Assembly (NCBI GenBank): GCA_041651355.1
Contig: JBAZJK010000001.1
Span: 549,883-613,882 of the forward strand
DNA from: Patescibacteria group bacterium
GTDB taxonomy: Bacteria > Patescibacteriota > Patescibacteriia > Patescibacteriales > UBA12465
Direction of reading: 5' to 3'
DNA: 64,000 nucleotides
Part shown: positions 24,003 through 32,998 of the stretch, piece by piece
Layout: each line of letters opens with the position of its first letter
How positions within the stretch are numbered: the stretch's first letter is position 1
Position numbers and translations under genes: made by a program
The notes under the pieces: model-generated
Told to the model about the DNA's origin: nothing
Databases searched by the model: none
What the model saw: only the letters and a program-made list of their open reading frames with translations

Positions 24003-24031
24003 ATTATAACATTTTTTTTATTAGCGGCCAA
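24003..24031 (-). promoter_or_regulatory. sigma70-like promoter TTGGCC-17-TATAAT for the ABC/FtsX/giant-protein unit
   Basis: Plus-strand ggccaa at 24026-24031 and attata at 24003-24008 with a 17-nt spacer, about 75 nt upstream of ATG 23926. Confidence 0.5.
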
Positions 24032-24071
24032 GCTTTTTTAAGACAAAAAGTGGATAACTTACCACTCTTTT

Positions 24072-25313
24072 CTATTCCACCCTCAAGGCTGCTACCGGAT
24101 CAAGCTCAGCCGCCTTGCGAGCGGGCCGATAGCCGAACAGGAAGCCGCAAATCAGGGAGAATAAAAAGGATACTATAATTCCCTGCCAAGGAAAAACGCT
24201 CTGCCAATTAAGTTCAAAGCTTCGAGCCACCCAGGCGAGAACGTAAGAAGCGATAACGCCGAAGATAACCCCTAATAACCAACCCCAGATAGTGATAAGT
24301 AAAGATTCAATTAAAAACTGCCAAGTGATATCCGGCCGAGTAGCGCCAACGGCTTTTCTCAGGCCGATTTCTGAAGTTCTTTCAGTAACAGTGACATACA
24401 TTATGTTCATAATCCCGACTCCGCCGACTAAAAGAGAAATCAAGACGATCGCTAAAAGCAAATAGGTGACGGCGTTAGTTACCGTCCCCAAAGTATCAAG
24501 CATCTCTGCCATTGTGGAAACGCGAAAATCCTCCTTATCAGGATCGCTGATATCATGACGCTCACGCAGAATAGCCTTAATTTCTTCTGCGGTTTCATCG
24601 GCTCGATCAACATCGTTAAGTTGATGCATGAAATACATAGCATAATCGATGCCCAGAAGCCGTTTATGCAAAGTGCTGATTGGAATATAGACTATATTGT
24701 CAAAATCTAAAAACCCGGCGCCACCGCCCTGAGGAGCCAAGACTCCCACTACCTGGAATTTTTTATTTCCAATTTTAACAAAACGTCCTAGCGCTTCTTG
24801 CCCGGAAAACAGGTCTTCGGCTAGACTGGCGCCTAAAACCGCTACCAAGGCTTGGCCTCGTTCGTCTTCTGGACTAAAAAAATCTCCAGTAGCCGCTTTG
24901 GTTTTGGAATCAATCCTGATATAGGGTTCACTGACACCGAAAATAAAGACTCTTTTCCCCTCTGCTCCGTAACTTACCTTCTGCTGCCCCAAGGAAGCAG
25001 CGTAACTCTCCCGTACATTATCGAGGTTATTGATCGCTTCCATGTCCGACAGCTTTAAAGTCGTTACCTCAGCATTGCCCGCGATATTCTTTCCCGGCGC
25101 CTTAGTTTCAGTTTGGATGATATTGGTGCCATAAGACTCAATCTCGCCGGATATCAAACGGCTGATACCGCTGCCAGCGGAAAAGACGACTATAATAGCC
25201 GCCGCGCCGATAACCACTCCCAAAACTGTCAAGCTGGTACGCAAAAAATTGCGACGCAGGGAGTGCCAAGCGAGAAAGGCGGCCGTGATAATAACATTTT
25301 TCCTCTTATTCAT
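24072..25313 (-). CDS. ABC transporter permease, FtsX/MacB type (paralog 2)
   Basis: 413 aa. It has an N-terminal TM segment, a MacB-like periplasmic domain and an FtsX block (VTVTERTSEIGLRKAVGATRPDI ... YRPARKAAELDPVAALRVE). Its start overlaps the upstream permease stop by 8 nt. Confidence 0.85.
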   Translation of the reverse strand: MNKRKNVIITAAFLAWHSLRRNFLRTSLTVLGVVIGAAAIIVVFSAGSGISRLISGEIESYGTNIIQTETKAPGKNIAGNAEVTTLKLSDMEAINNLDNVRESYAASLGQQKVSYGAEGKRVFIFGVSEPYIRIDSKTKAATGDFFSPEDERGQALVAVLGASLAEDLFSGQEALGRFVKIGNKKFQVVGVLAPQGGGAGFLDFDNIVYIPISTLHKRLLGIDYAMYFMHQLNDVDRADETAEEIKAILRERHDISDPDKEDFRVSTMAEMLDTLGTVTNAVTYLLLAIVLISLLVGGVGIMNIMYVTVTERTSEIGLRKAVGATRPDITWQFLIESLLITIWGWLLGVIFGVIASYVLAWVARSFELNWQSVFPWQGIIVSFLFSLICGFLFGYRPARKAAELDPVAALRVE

Positions 25314-26553
25314 AACGCAAAGCTTCGGTCGGGCTCAAACGGCTAGCCCGCTTAGCTGGATAATAGCCAAAAACAACTCCGATTAAAGTCGAAAGACCAA
25401 TAGCTAGAATGACTGAAGGCAAGGAAATTACAAAATCCCAACGATAGCCGAGAGAGCGAACAATAATCGCTGTCAGATAAGAGATAAAACTACCGGCAAA
25501 CAAGCCGATCAATCCTCCTATCATGGTTAAAGAAATCGATTCGAATAAAAATTGGCTCAAAACCTGACGACTAGTCGCCCCGATCGCCTTCCTTAACCCG
25601 ATCTCCCGAGTCCTCTCGGTCACGCTCACTAACATGATATTCATAATGCCAATACCTCCGACCAAGAGCGAAATAGCCGCCATCGCCGCCAGGAAATATC
25701 TCAAAGCATTAGTGATACCAGTCACCATATCCAGGGCCTCCTGAAAGCTACGCACGGAAAAATCATCATCTTCGGGATTATCAATATCGTGCCTCTCCCT
25801 CAAAGTCTGCTTGATTGCCTCCATGTTTTCCGCGATATTATCGGGATTATTAATCTTAACCTTGATAGCGCTTAGATAATTAACCCCGGCTAATTCTTTT
25901 TGAGCAAACAGGAGCGGCATAATGACTAGATTATCATAATTCTGAAAGCCGACCATGCCTCTTTTTTTCATTACCCCGATAACTGATACTGTTTGATTGC
26001 TAACCTTCATTTTCTGCCCGATCGGATCATTACCGCCGAACAGCTCATCGGCCACCGCACTACCGATAACGGCCAAACGTAAATTTGAGGTCATTTCCTC
26101 CGAACTTAGGAAACGGCCCGATGAAATCTCTCCGCCCTCAACTGCAAAATAATCTCCAGACACTCCTTGAGCGCTAACGTCGAAAGTCTGATCTCGCCAA
26201 GAAACAACCGCATTATTCTGGTAATAAGAAGCCACTGCCTTAGCATCAGGCACATTCTTAGGGTCAAGAAAAGCCTCAGCGTCCGCGCTGGTCAAAGTCG
26301 TTACTTTAACTCCGAAAACCGAAGCTGGCGGACCTTTAGAATCAGACTGGCCAGGCAAGACGCCGATGAGATCGCCGCCAAAACCTTCAAGCTGTCCCAA
26401 AATCAAAGACTGAGCGCCAGCGCCTAAGGAAATTATTAGAATTACTGCCCCGACGCCAATGATTATCCCGAGCATCGTTAAAAAACTCCGGGTCTTATTG
26501 CTTAGTAAGGCCCGGAAAACAAGACGCAAAAGTTGGCGAAAATTCTCAAGCAT
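25306..26553 (-). CDS. ABC transporter permease, FtsX/MacB type (paralog 1)
   Basis: 415 aa with the same architecture (VSVTERTREIGLRKAIGATSRQV ... YYPAKRASRLSPTEALRYE). Its start lies 2 nt after the ATPase stop. Confidence 0.85.
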   Translation of the reverse strand: MLENFRQLLRLVFRALLSNKTRSFLTMLGIIIGVGAVILIISLGAGAQSLILGQLEGFGGDLIGVLPGQSDSKGPPASVFGVKVTTLTSADAEAFLDPKNVPDAKAVASYYQNNAVVSWRDQTFDVSAQGVSGDYFAVEGGEISSGRFLSSEEMTSNLRLAVIGSAVADELFGGNDPIGQKMKVSNQTVSVIGVMKKRGMVGFQNYDNLVIMPLLFAQKELAGVNYLSAIKVKINNPDNIAENMEAIKQTLRERHDIDNPEDDDFSVRSFQEALDMVTGITNALRYFLAAMAAISLLVGGIGIMNIMLVSVTERTREIGLRKAIGATSRQVLSQFLFESISLTMIGGLIGLFAGSFISYLTAIIVRSLGYRWDFVISLPSVILAIGLSTLIGVVFGYYPAKRASRLSPTEALRYE

Positions 26554-26555
26554 AG

Positions 26556-27278
26556 TTATTTCAACAACTGGCCTTCGCGGGCATAACGGCGATGCTTGAC
26601 TATATCATCGCTGGCAACCAAGCCATCGCGGATACTAATTATCCTCTCCGCGTGTTCGGCGGTAAAGGTCTCATGAGTCACCAAGATAATTGTCTTACCT
26701 TCCTTATTAAGCTCTTGGAGTATCCGCATCACCTGGACACCAGATTTTGAATCAAGATTACCGGTCGGTTCATCGGCAAAAATAACTGAGGGTTCATTCA
26801 CTAAAGCACGGGCAATCGCCACTCTCTGTTTTTCACCGCCAGAAATTTGGTTGGTATAATAGTGTAAGCGATGGCTTAAGCCGACGCTATCTAAAACCCG
26901 GGTCGCTCTTTCATCCATGTCTTGCTTATTATGAGAATAAATCAGGGGCAATTTGACGTTTTCTAAGACGCTAGTACGGGGCAAAAGATTAAAGGCTTGA
27001 AATACGAAGCCTATCTCTTTGTTCCTTAAACGAGCTAAATCATCGTCGCTTAAACTATTAATATTATGGCCAGCGAATCGATATAAACCACCGCTAGGTC
27101 TCTCTAAGAGGCCTAAAATATGCATTAAAGTTGACTTACCTGAACCTGACGGACCCATAATAGCGACGAATTCCCCTTCTTTCACTTGAAAATTAATACC
27201 TTTTAACACCTGGGTAGCCAGTTCCTCCTCGCCATAAGTCTTAATCAGATTGTGAATTTCTAATAGAATCTTAGTCAT
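26556..27278 (-). CDS. ABC transporter ATP-binding protein (MacB/LolD-like)
   Basis: 240 aa. Walker [10 protein letters not shown], signature [15 protein letters not shown], Walker [12 protein letters not shown] and H-loop LVTHE are present. Confidence 0.9.
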   Translation of the reverse strand: MTKILLEIHNLIKTYGEEELATQVLKGINFQVKEGEFVAIMGPSGSGKSTLMHILGLLERPSGGLYRFAGHNINSLSDDDLARLRNKEIGFVFQAFNLLPRTSVLENVKLPLIYSHNKQDMDERATRVLDSVGLSHRLHYYTNQISGGEKQRVAIARALVNEPSVIFADEPTGNLDSKSGVQVMRILQELNKEGKTIILVTHETFTAEHAERIISIRDGLVASDDIVKHRRYAREGQLLK

Positions 27279-27280
27279 AA

Positions 27281-29218
27281 TTATTTACCGTTCTTTACAA
27301 AAGTTATAACCAAGTCATCGGCCATTAAGCCGCTAGTTACTTCGATCATACCTTCATCGCCCCTTAGCCCGGTCGTGACTTCAACCTCGCTAAGGTCCTT
27401 GCCTTTAAGCAAGCGGATAATTTTTTTGCCGTCCTTTTCAATGATAGCGCGTGCCGGCACTTGCATTACTTGGGCACGACTATCGGTCGTAATCACTATA
27501 TTAGCCGTCATGCCGGCTTTGAGATCCAAATTCTTGGCGGCAATCTGATTCATGGACTCGGCTAAATTAGCGAAATCTATCTTCACCTTATAATACACAA
27601 CATCTTGAACTAAAGTCTGGGCCGGTTCAATGAAACTGACCACGCCCTTGAGGATGAAATCGTCAGGAAAAGCATCTAAAGTAATATCGACTGGATCGCC
27701 GACTTTAACCTTACTGATATTCGACTCAGCGATATCAACTTCGACGTTAAAGCTATTGTTAACCAAGATGACTATCATCGGCTTGCCAGCCGGGCTGAAT
27801 TGCTCACCGACTTCATAATTAACAGCCGTAACCACGCCTTCTACTGGGGCAGTCAGGATCGCATCTTTTAATTGCTGTTCTATGCCAGCCAGATTTGCAG
27901 CTGCTTGGCTGACCTGCGCCTGGGCTAAGGCGATATCTTGAGCTCTGGCGGGAGCAATTGTGCTATTAAGCTGAGCTAAAGCCAGGGCAACGCTTTTTTG
28001 AGCGCTGTCTAAACGAGCCTGAGCGGCTGAAATCTGCTGAGCACCGCTAAGATTCAGGGAGCTAAGATTATTCCTAGCGGCTAAGACGGCATTATTAAGA
28101 CTACTCTCAGCTTGACGCAAATTCTCTTCAGCACTAGCTACAGAAGTATTCTTATTTAAAATCGCATTATGAAAACCCTGGGTAGCAGACTCTAAAGCCG
28201 TACTCGCCGTGTTAATCGTCGTCGACTGCGTACTGATTATAGTCTTGTAATTATCTAAATCCGTTTGGGTGAAATTAATATAGGTAATACTGGCTTCAAG
28301 CATGGCGTAGGCATAATCTAAAGCTTTATCAGTCTGTAATAAAAGAGCCTTGACTTTAACTGAAGCATCTTCGACCGAAGCTTCGCTGCCATTATTTTTA
28401 GCTAAAGTGGCGGCCGCTTCGGCTGGAGACACTAAAGATAGAGCCAACTGTCTCTCGTTTTTCGTCTGCCATAACAAGGAGATGTCTTTAACGCCTAAAA
28501 CTGTGGCGGCGTCATCATCTTCTAAAATAGTATTAATCTTATCTAAAGCTATCTTAGCGCTTAATATCTTGTCATTAATCGTCAGAATGGCAGAATCATA
28601 AGCGTTAGCAACATTTTTTTCGCCCGTCTGTTTAGCATTCTTAAGGGCGGTTTCTGCACTAGCGACTGCTTGTTCTGAAGGTGTTAAAGTGCCAGGATCA
28701 CGCGACTCTAAATCAGACAAAGCTTTGGCAGCCTGACGTAAACTTTCATCTACACTCGCTTTAACACGATCTAAATCGATTCTAGCTGAATTTGCACTTG
28801 TTTGGGCCTGACTTAAAGTGGAACGGCTGATGGAAACAGTCTCTTGGCTAGCTCCGGCTAAGATCTTGGATAAAGAGGCCTCGGCAATCTTAAGGCCGGC
28901 TTCAGCCTCTGATTTCCTAACTAGCAAGGAACTATTATCCAAGGCTGCTAACTCGGCGCCAGCCGCCACTTTATCACCAACTTTTACTTTCACCGACTGG
29001 ACTCGGCCAGTAGCCAAAAAATTCAAGGCTAATTCTTTAACCGGCTTTAAGGTTCCGGTTTCACTAACCGTCTGTAACAACGGCCCAACCTGGACTTCAG
29101 TAGTTGAATAGGATACTGCTTGGCTACGGCTTTTCAACCATAAGGATAGGATGACGACAGAAAAGAAAATCACCGCTATAATAATCAACCAACGTTTTGC
29201 CTTTTTTTTGAAAATCAT
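27281..29218 (-). CDS. membrane-fusion / periplasmic-adaptor family protein (HlyD/MacA-like) with a greatly extended helical insertion
   Basis: 645 aa. It has an N-terminal TM segment. The lipoyl-like half-motifs GRVQSVKVKVGDKVAAGAELAALD and ILTAPVEGVVTAVNYEVGEQ are separated by about 358 aa of Ala/Ser/Leu/Gln-rich helical sequence (aa ~98-455). C-terminal beta-barrel and membrane-proximal regions follow. Confidence 0.8.
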   Translation of the reverse strand: MIFKKKAKRWLIIIAVIFFSVVILSLWLKSRSQAVSYSTTEVQVGPLLQTVSETGTLKPVKELALNFLATGRVQSVKVKVGDKVAAGAELAALDNSSLLVRKSEAEAGLKIAEASLSKILAGASQETVSISRSTLSQAQTSANSARIDLDRVKASVDESLRQAAKALSDLESRDPGTLTPSEQAVASAETALKNAKQTGEKNVANAYDSAILTINDKILSAKIALDKINTILEDDDAATVLGVKDISLLWQTKNERQLALSLVSPAEAAATLAKNNGSEASVEDASVKVKALLLQTDKALDYAYAMLEASITYINFTQTDLDNYKTIISTQSTTINTASTALESATQGFHNAILNKNTSVASAEENLRQAESSLNNAVLAARNNLSSLNLSGAQQISAAQARLDSAQKSVALALAQLNSTIAPARAQDIALAQAQVSQAAANLAGIEQQLKDAILTAPVEGVVTAVNYEVGEQFSPAGKPMIVILVNNSFNVEVDIAESNISKVKVGDPVDITLDAFPDDFILKGVVSFIEPAQTLVQDVVYYKVKIDFANLAESMNQIAAKNLDLKAGMTANIVITTDSRAQVMQVPARAIIEKDGKKIIRLLKGKDLSEVEVTTGLRGDEGMIEVTSGLMADDLVITFVKNGK

Positions 29219-29426
29219 AATATTGACTTAATAACAAAAAATTATCTCAAGGATGCGAGACTTAAAAAAACAATAATATTATATTTAATTAACTTATTTT
29301 TAAAGTAAAAACAAGCAATATTTATATATTACCACGAATTTTATGAAAGAGCTATGACTGCTTAGATTGCCAGATTTATTGGCTTAAAAGGGCTTTTTTT
29401 AGAGCTAAGAGCGGATTGGCCAATCC

Positions 29427-29455
29427 TTGCCAAACAGGCCCTGATTTGCTAAAAT
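29427..29455 (+). promoter_or_regulatory. sigma70-like promoter TTGCCA-17-TAAAAT upstream of gyrB
   Basis: TTGCCA at 29427-29432 and TAAAAT at 29450-29455, about 78 nt before ATG 29533. Confidence 0.4.
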
Positions 29456-29532
29456 ATAATAAGAAAATATAATGTTTTAAAATTAAAATTTAGCTAAAAA
29501 TACCCCTGATAATCGGGAATTTTTTGTTTTAA

Positions 29533-31584
29533 ATGTCTATGGCAACCAAAGAAAAAAAGGAGCTAAAAAAAACAAATAACTACGGCGCCGACGCTATTAC
29601 CGTCTTAGAAGGTCTTGATCCAGTCAGAAAGAGACCAGGCATGTATATCGGATCAACTTCAGCTGCTGGTCTCCATCACCTGATCTGGGAAGTAGTTGAT
29701 AATTCAATTGATGAAGCTATGGCGGGCTATGGCGATACGATCGATGTTTCCCTGCTGGAAAACGGAATGGTTTCCGTAGTCGATAACGGTCGGGGCATTC
29801 CAGTAGAAAAACATAAGACAACTGGCGTATCTGCTTTAGAGACGGTTTTAACCAAGCTCCATGCCGGCGGTAAATTCGGCGGGGGCGGCTATAAAGTATC
29901 CGGAGGTTTGCACGGCGTCGGCGTATCAGTCGTCAATGCTTTAAGCGAATATTTAAAAGCAGAAGTCCATCGTGATGGCAAACTTTGGATGCAAGAATAT
30001 AAAACTGGCAAGCCCCTAAAACCAGCCAAAGTGATCGGCACTACTAAAAAAACCGGCACCACCATAACCTTTAAAGCTGACCCGACTATTTTTACCGAAT
30101 TAGAATTCAGCTGGGGCAAGATCCTGGATCGCTTACGACAACAGACGTACCTGACTAAAGGCATCACGATCAACGTCTTCGATCGCCGTCCGGGGCATCG
30201 GCCTAAAAAATATAGCTTCTACTTCGAAGGCGGCATCAAGTCTTATATCAAAGCCTTAAACCGTAATAAATCCGTTAAAAATGAAACGATTTTTTATTTT
30301 GAAAAAGAAATAGACAGTAATAAGGTTGAAATCGCCCTGCAATACAACGACGAATACAACGAAACCGTCTTAGCTTTTGCTAATAATATCCACAACCCAG
30401 AAGGCGGGACTCACTTGGTCGGTTTCCGCACCGCCTTAACCAGAGTTCTTAACTCTTATGCTAGAAACCATAACCTAATTAAGGAAAAGCAGGAAAACCT
30501 GACCGGCGAAGATGTTCGTGAAGGCTTGACCGCTATTGTCAGCGTAAAACTTCCTGATCCTCAATTTGAAGGACAGACAAAGGGTAAACTAGGTAACGCT
30601 GAAATGAAAACTTATGTCGAACAGGCTACCGGAGAAATGTTCAACACCTTCTTAGAGGAACACCCCAAAGAAGCGGAAGCGATCATCGGCAAATGTGTCC
30701 TGTCAGCCCAGGCCAGGCTAGCCGCCCGGACTGCCAGAGCGACCATCCTTAGAAAAGGCGCCCTTGAAGGTATGACCCTGCCGGGCAAACTGGCGGATTG
30801 CTCTAGCCGACACCCTGAGGAATGCGAACTCTATATCGTAGAGGGGGATTCTGCCGGCGGTTCAGCTAAACAAGGCCGAAACCGCAAATTCCAAGCCATT
30901 CTTCCCTTACGCGGCAAGATACTTAACGTTGAACGAGCCCGCTTAGATAAAATGTTAGCTAATAATGAAATTAAAAATCTGGTTATCGCCCTAGGCACCA
31001 ACATCGATGACCAGCTAGATATCGAAAAACTGCGCTATCACCGCATCATTATTATGACTGATGCTGATGTCGATGGCGCCCATATCCGTACCCTGCTTCT
31101 TACCCTCTTCTTCCGTCATTTCGGCGCCCTGGTAAATGCCGGCCATTTGTATATTGCCCAGCCGCCTCTATACCAAGTAAAAAAGAACAATCAAATAAAA
31201 TACGCCTACAGCGATGAAGAGAAAAACAAAATAATCGAAGACTGGGGTGGACAGGTCGGAGAAATAGAAGAGGTGAACGAAGATGATGAGGGTGAATTCA
31301 TTAGTGCTGAAGATAAGGTGACAGATGGCAAAAAAGCTAAAACTGACGAAAAGAAAAAAAGCAGCCGCATCTCTATCCAGCGCTATAAGGGTTTAGGTGA
31401 AATGAACCCGGAACAGCTCTGGGAAACAACTATGAATCCAGAAACTAGGATTGTTAAGCAAGTCAGCATCGAAGATGCCGCCAGGGCTGACCAAATTTTC
31501 GATATGCTGATGGGTGATAACGTCGCTCCCCGCAAAAATTTCATTACGACCCACGCCAAAAAAGTAGAAAATTTGGATATTTAA
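29533..31584 (+). CDS. gyrB: DNA gyrase subunit B
   Basis: 683 aa. GHKL ATPase motifs are GLHHLIWEVVDNSIDEA, DNGRGIP and LHGVG. Toprim motifs are EGDSAGG, PLRGKILNVE and IMTDADVDGAHI. The C-terminal QRYKGLGEMNPEQLWETTM is present. Confidence 0.97.
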   Translation: MSMATKEKKELKKTNNYGADAITVLEGLDPVRKRPGMYIGSTSAAGLHHLIWEVVDNSIDEAMAGYGDTIDVSLLENGMVSVVDNGRGIPVEKHKTTGVSALETVLTKLHAGGKFGGGGYKVSGGLHGVGVSVVNALSEYLKAEVHRDGKLWMQEYKTGKPLKPAKVIGTTKKTGTTITFKADPTIFTELEFSWGKILDRLRQQTYLTKGITINVFDRRPGHRPKKYSFYFEGGIKSYIKALNRNKSVKNETIFYFEKEIDSNKVEIALQYNDEYNETVLAFANNIHNPEGGTHLVGFRTALTRVLNSYARNHNLIKEKQENLTGEDVREGLTAIVSVKLPDPQFEGQTKGKLGNAEMKTYVEQATGEMFNTFLEEHPKEAEAIIGKCVLSAQARLAARTARATILRKGALEGMTLPGKLADCSSRHPEECELYIVEGDSAGGSAKQGRNRKFQAILPLRGKILNVERARLDKMLANNEIKNLVIALGTNIDDQLDIEKLRYHRIIIMTDADVDGAHIRTLLLTLFFRHFGALVNAGHLYIAQPPLYQVKKNNQIKYAYSDEEKNKIIEDWGGQVGEIEEVNEDDEGEFISAEDKVTDGKKAKTDEKKKSSRISIQRYKGLGEMNPEQLWETTMNPETRIVKQVSIEDAARADQIFDMLMGDNVAPRKNFITTHAKKVENLDI

Positions 31585-31594
31585 ATCCTTTAAT

Positions 31595-32026
31595 ATGTAT
31601 ATTTACATCGCCGTCCCCTTAATAGCTTTCGCCATCGCCCAAACCACTAAAGTGCTCCTGAAATCACGCCACCAAAAACTAAATCTTAGGAACCTTTTCG
31701 CTTATTCTGATATGCCTTCCGGCCACACGGCTATCGTCAGCGGACTAGCCATGATTATTGCTCTTAAAGAAGGCTTGGGTTCCCCGTTATTCGCTCTTAG
31801 CTTCGTCTTTGCCAGCGTGGTGATTACTGACGCTGTCGGCCTCAGAACCTACTTAGGGCAACACGGTAAAACCTTAAATGTTCTAGTCAAAGACTTGAAA
31901 GAAGATGAATTCCTAGACCGGAGCTATCCAAAACAACTCGAGCACATCGGGCACACCCCTCTGCAGGTAATCATCGGCGGGCTGATTGGCATCATTGTCG
32001 CCTTGTTAGCCTATCTAATATTTTAA
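31595..32026 (+). CDS. divergent PAP2 family membrane protein (DUF212/YuiD-like)
   Basis: 143 aa. The motifs SDMPSGHTAIVSGLA ... ITDAVGLRTYLGQHGKTLN ... LEHIGHTPLQVIIGGLIG match the acid-phosphatase/vanadium-peroxidase-related DUF212 pattern. Confidence 0.8.
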   Translation: MYIYIAVPLIAFAIAQTTKVLLKSRHQKLNLRNLFAYSDMPSGHTAIVSGLAMIIALKEGLGSPLFALSFVFASVVITDAVGLRTYLGQHGKTLNVLVKDLKEDEFLDRSYPKQLEHIGHTPLQVIIGGLIGIIVALLAYLIF

Positions 32027-32039
32027 AGAAGACACCAAT

Positions 32040-32067
32040 AAAAAATCAGGCTCAGGCCTGTTTTTTT
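32040..32067. terminator. bidirectional intrinsic terminator between convergent genes
   Basis: CAGGC (32047-32051) pairs with GCCTG (32056-32060) across loop TCAG. An A-run lies on the left and T7 on the right. Confidence 0.55.
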
Positions 32068-32081
32068 GTGGGGATAGAATT

Positions 32082-32978
32082 TCAAACTAAGCTTTGACTG
32101 CCCATTCCTTCGGGCTTAGCCAGATTCATTATCCTGATTACGGTCGGAGCAACATCGCTGAGCGAACCTAGAGGCTCGAGCAAACTAAGATCGTTGTTTA
32201 AGACATCCTGTCGTCCAATTGTCTTGCCTTTGAATTCTGGTCCTATGACTAAAAATGGCACCGGATTATCAGTAATCTCCTTATCTACTAAATCTATTTT
32301 TAAATCAATCATCCTTTCAGCGTTGCCATGGGCGCTGGTGAGCAAAACGGTGCCGCCAGCATCCAAAACAGCCTTACTTATCCGATCAATAGTCTTATCA
32401 AGGAGAGGTAATATTCTAAGAATCGCCTCCTTATCACCTAAGCTGGCCAGAAGATCTAAATTAGCCAGGTTGAGCAAGATAAAATCATAGGCCTGTGATT
32501 TTATTTTTTTTAAAGCCAAGCTAGATAATTCTTTCAGGGATAACTCTGGCTTTTCGGAATAATCACCAGCTACCGAAGAGATGATAAATTGTTCCTCGCC
32601 TGATAAGAGCTGGGCATTCTTGCCTTTAAAAAAATAGGTAGCTAAAGCGAATTTTTCACTTTCAGCAATATAGGCTTGCCTTAAGCCGGCGGCGGAGATT
32701 ATTTTTGGCAAAGTTTCTATCTCGTCATAAGGCGCTTCCAAGCTAAAGGCCGGACGGCCACTGCCTAGGCTTAAGTAACTCAAAGCTGGATTCTTGAAAG
32801 TGGTCTGCAAAGCAGCTACCGGATATTCAGCTATCAAGCGATTAAGATTAGGGCATAGGCTTAAATCAATCGCATTAGCCGGACTTTGGGGCGCTAGCCC
32901 CCAACCATCAAGCAATAAAAGAAGAACCGGGCGCGAACCGGCTAATCTCTCCTTACCATCTTTAACTGTTTTGACCAT
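32082..32978 (-). CDS. alkaline-phosphatase-superfamily protein related to cofactor-independent phosphoglycerate mutase (phosphatase domain only)
   Basis: 298 aa. The N-terminus PVLLLLLDGWGL resembles iPGM. The central GLRQAYIAESEKFALATYFF, the segment DFILLNLANLDLLASLG, LLTSAHGNAE and the C-terminal LSDVAPTVIRIMNLAKPEGMGSQSL also resemble iPGM. The phosphotransferase domain of about 230 aa found in 510-aa bacterial iPGMs is absent. Confidence 0.55.
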   Translation of the reverse strand: MVKTVKDGKERLAGSRPVLLLLLDGWGLAPQSPANAIDLSLCPNLNRLIAEYPVAALQTTFKNPALSYLSLGSGRPAFSLEAPYDEIETLPKIISAAGLRQAYIAESEKFALATYFFKGKNAQLLSGEEQFIISSVAGDYSEKPELSLKELSSLALKKIKSQAYDFILLNLANLDLLASLGDKEAILRILPLLDKTIDRISKAVLDAGGTVLLTSAHGNAERMIDLKIDLVDKEITDNPVPFLVIGPEFKGKTIGRQDVLNNDLSLLEPLGSLSDVAPTVIRIMNLAKPEGMGSQSLV

Positions 32979-32998
32979 GAAATTAAATAATAAGAAAT

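Noticed and set aside
29219-29532. 314-nt AT-rich divergent spacer next to gyrB, at a strand switch, considered as a replication origin
   Set aside because: I found no TTATCCACA-like boxes. Gene orientation switches several more times further along the window, so the strand switch is not diagnostic.
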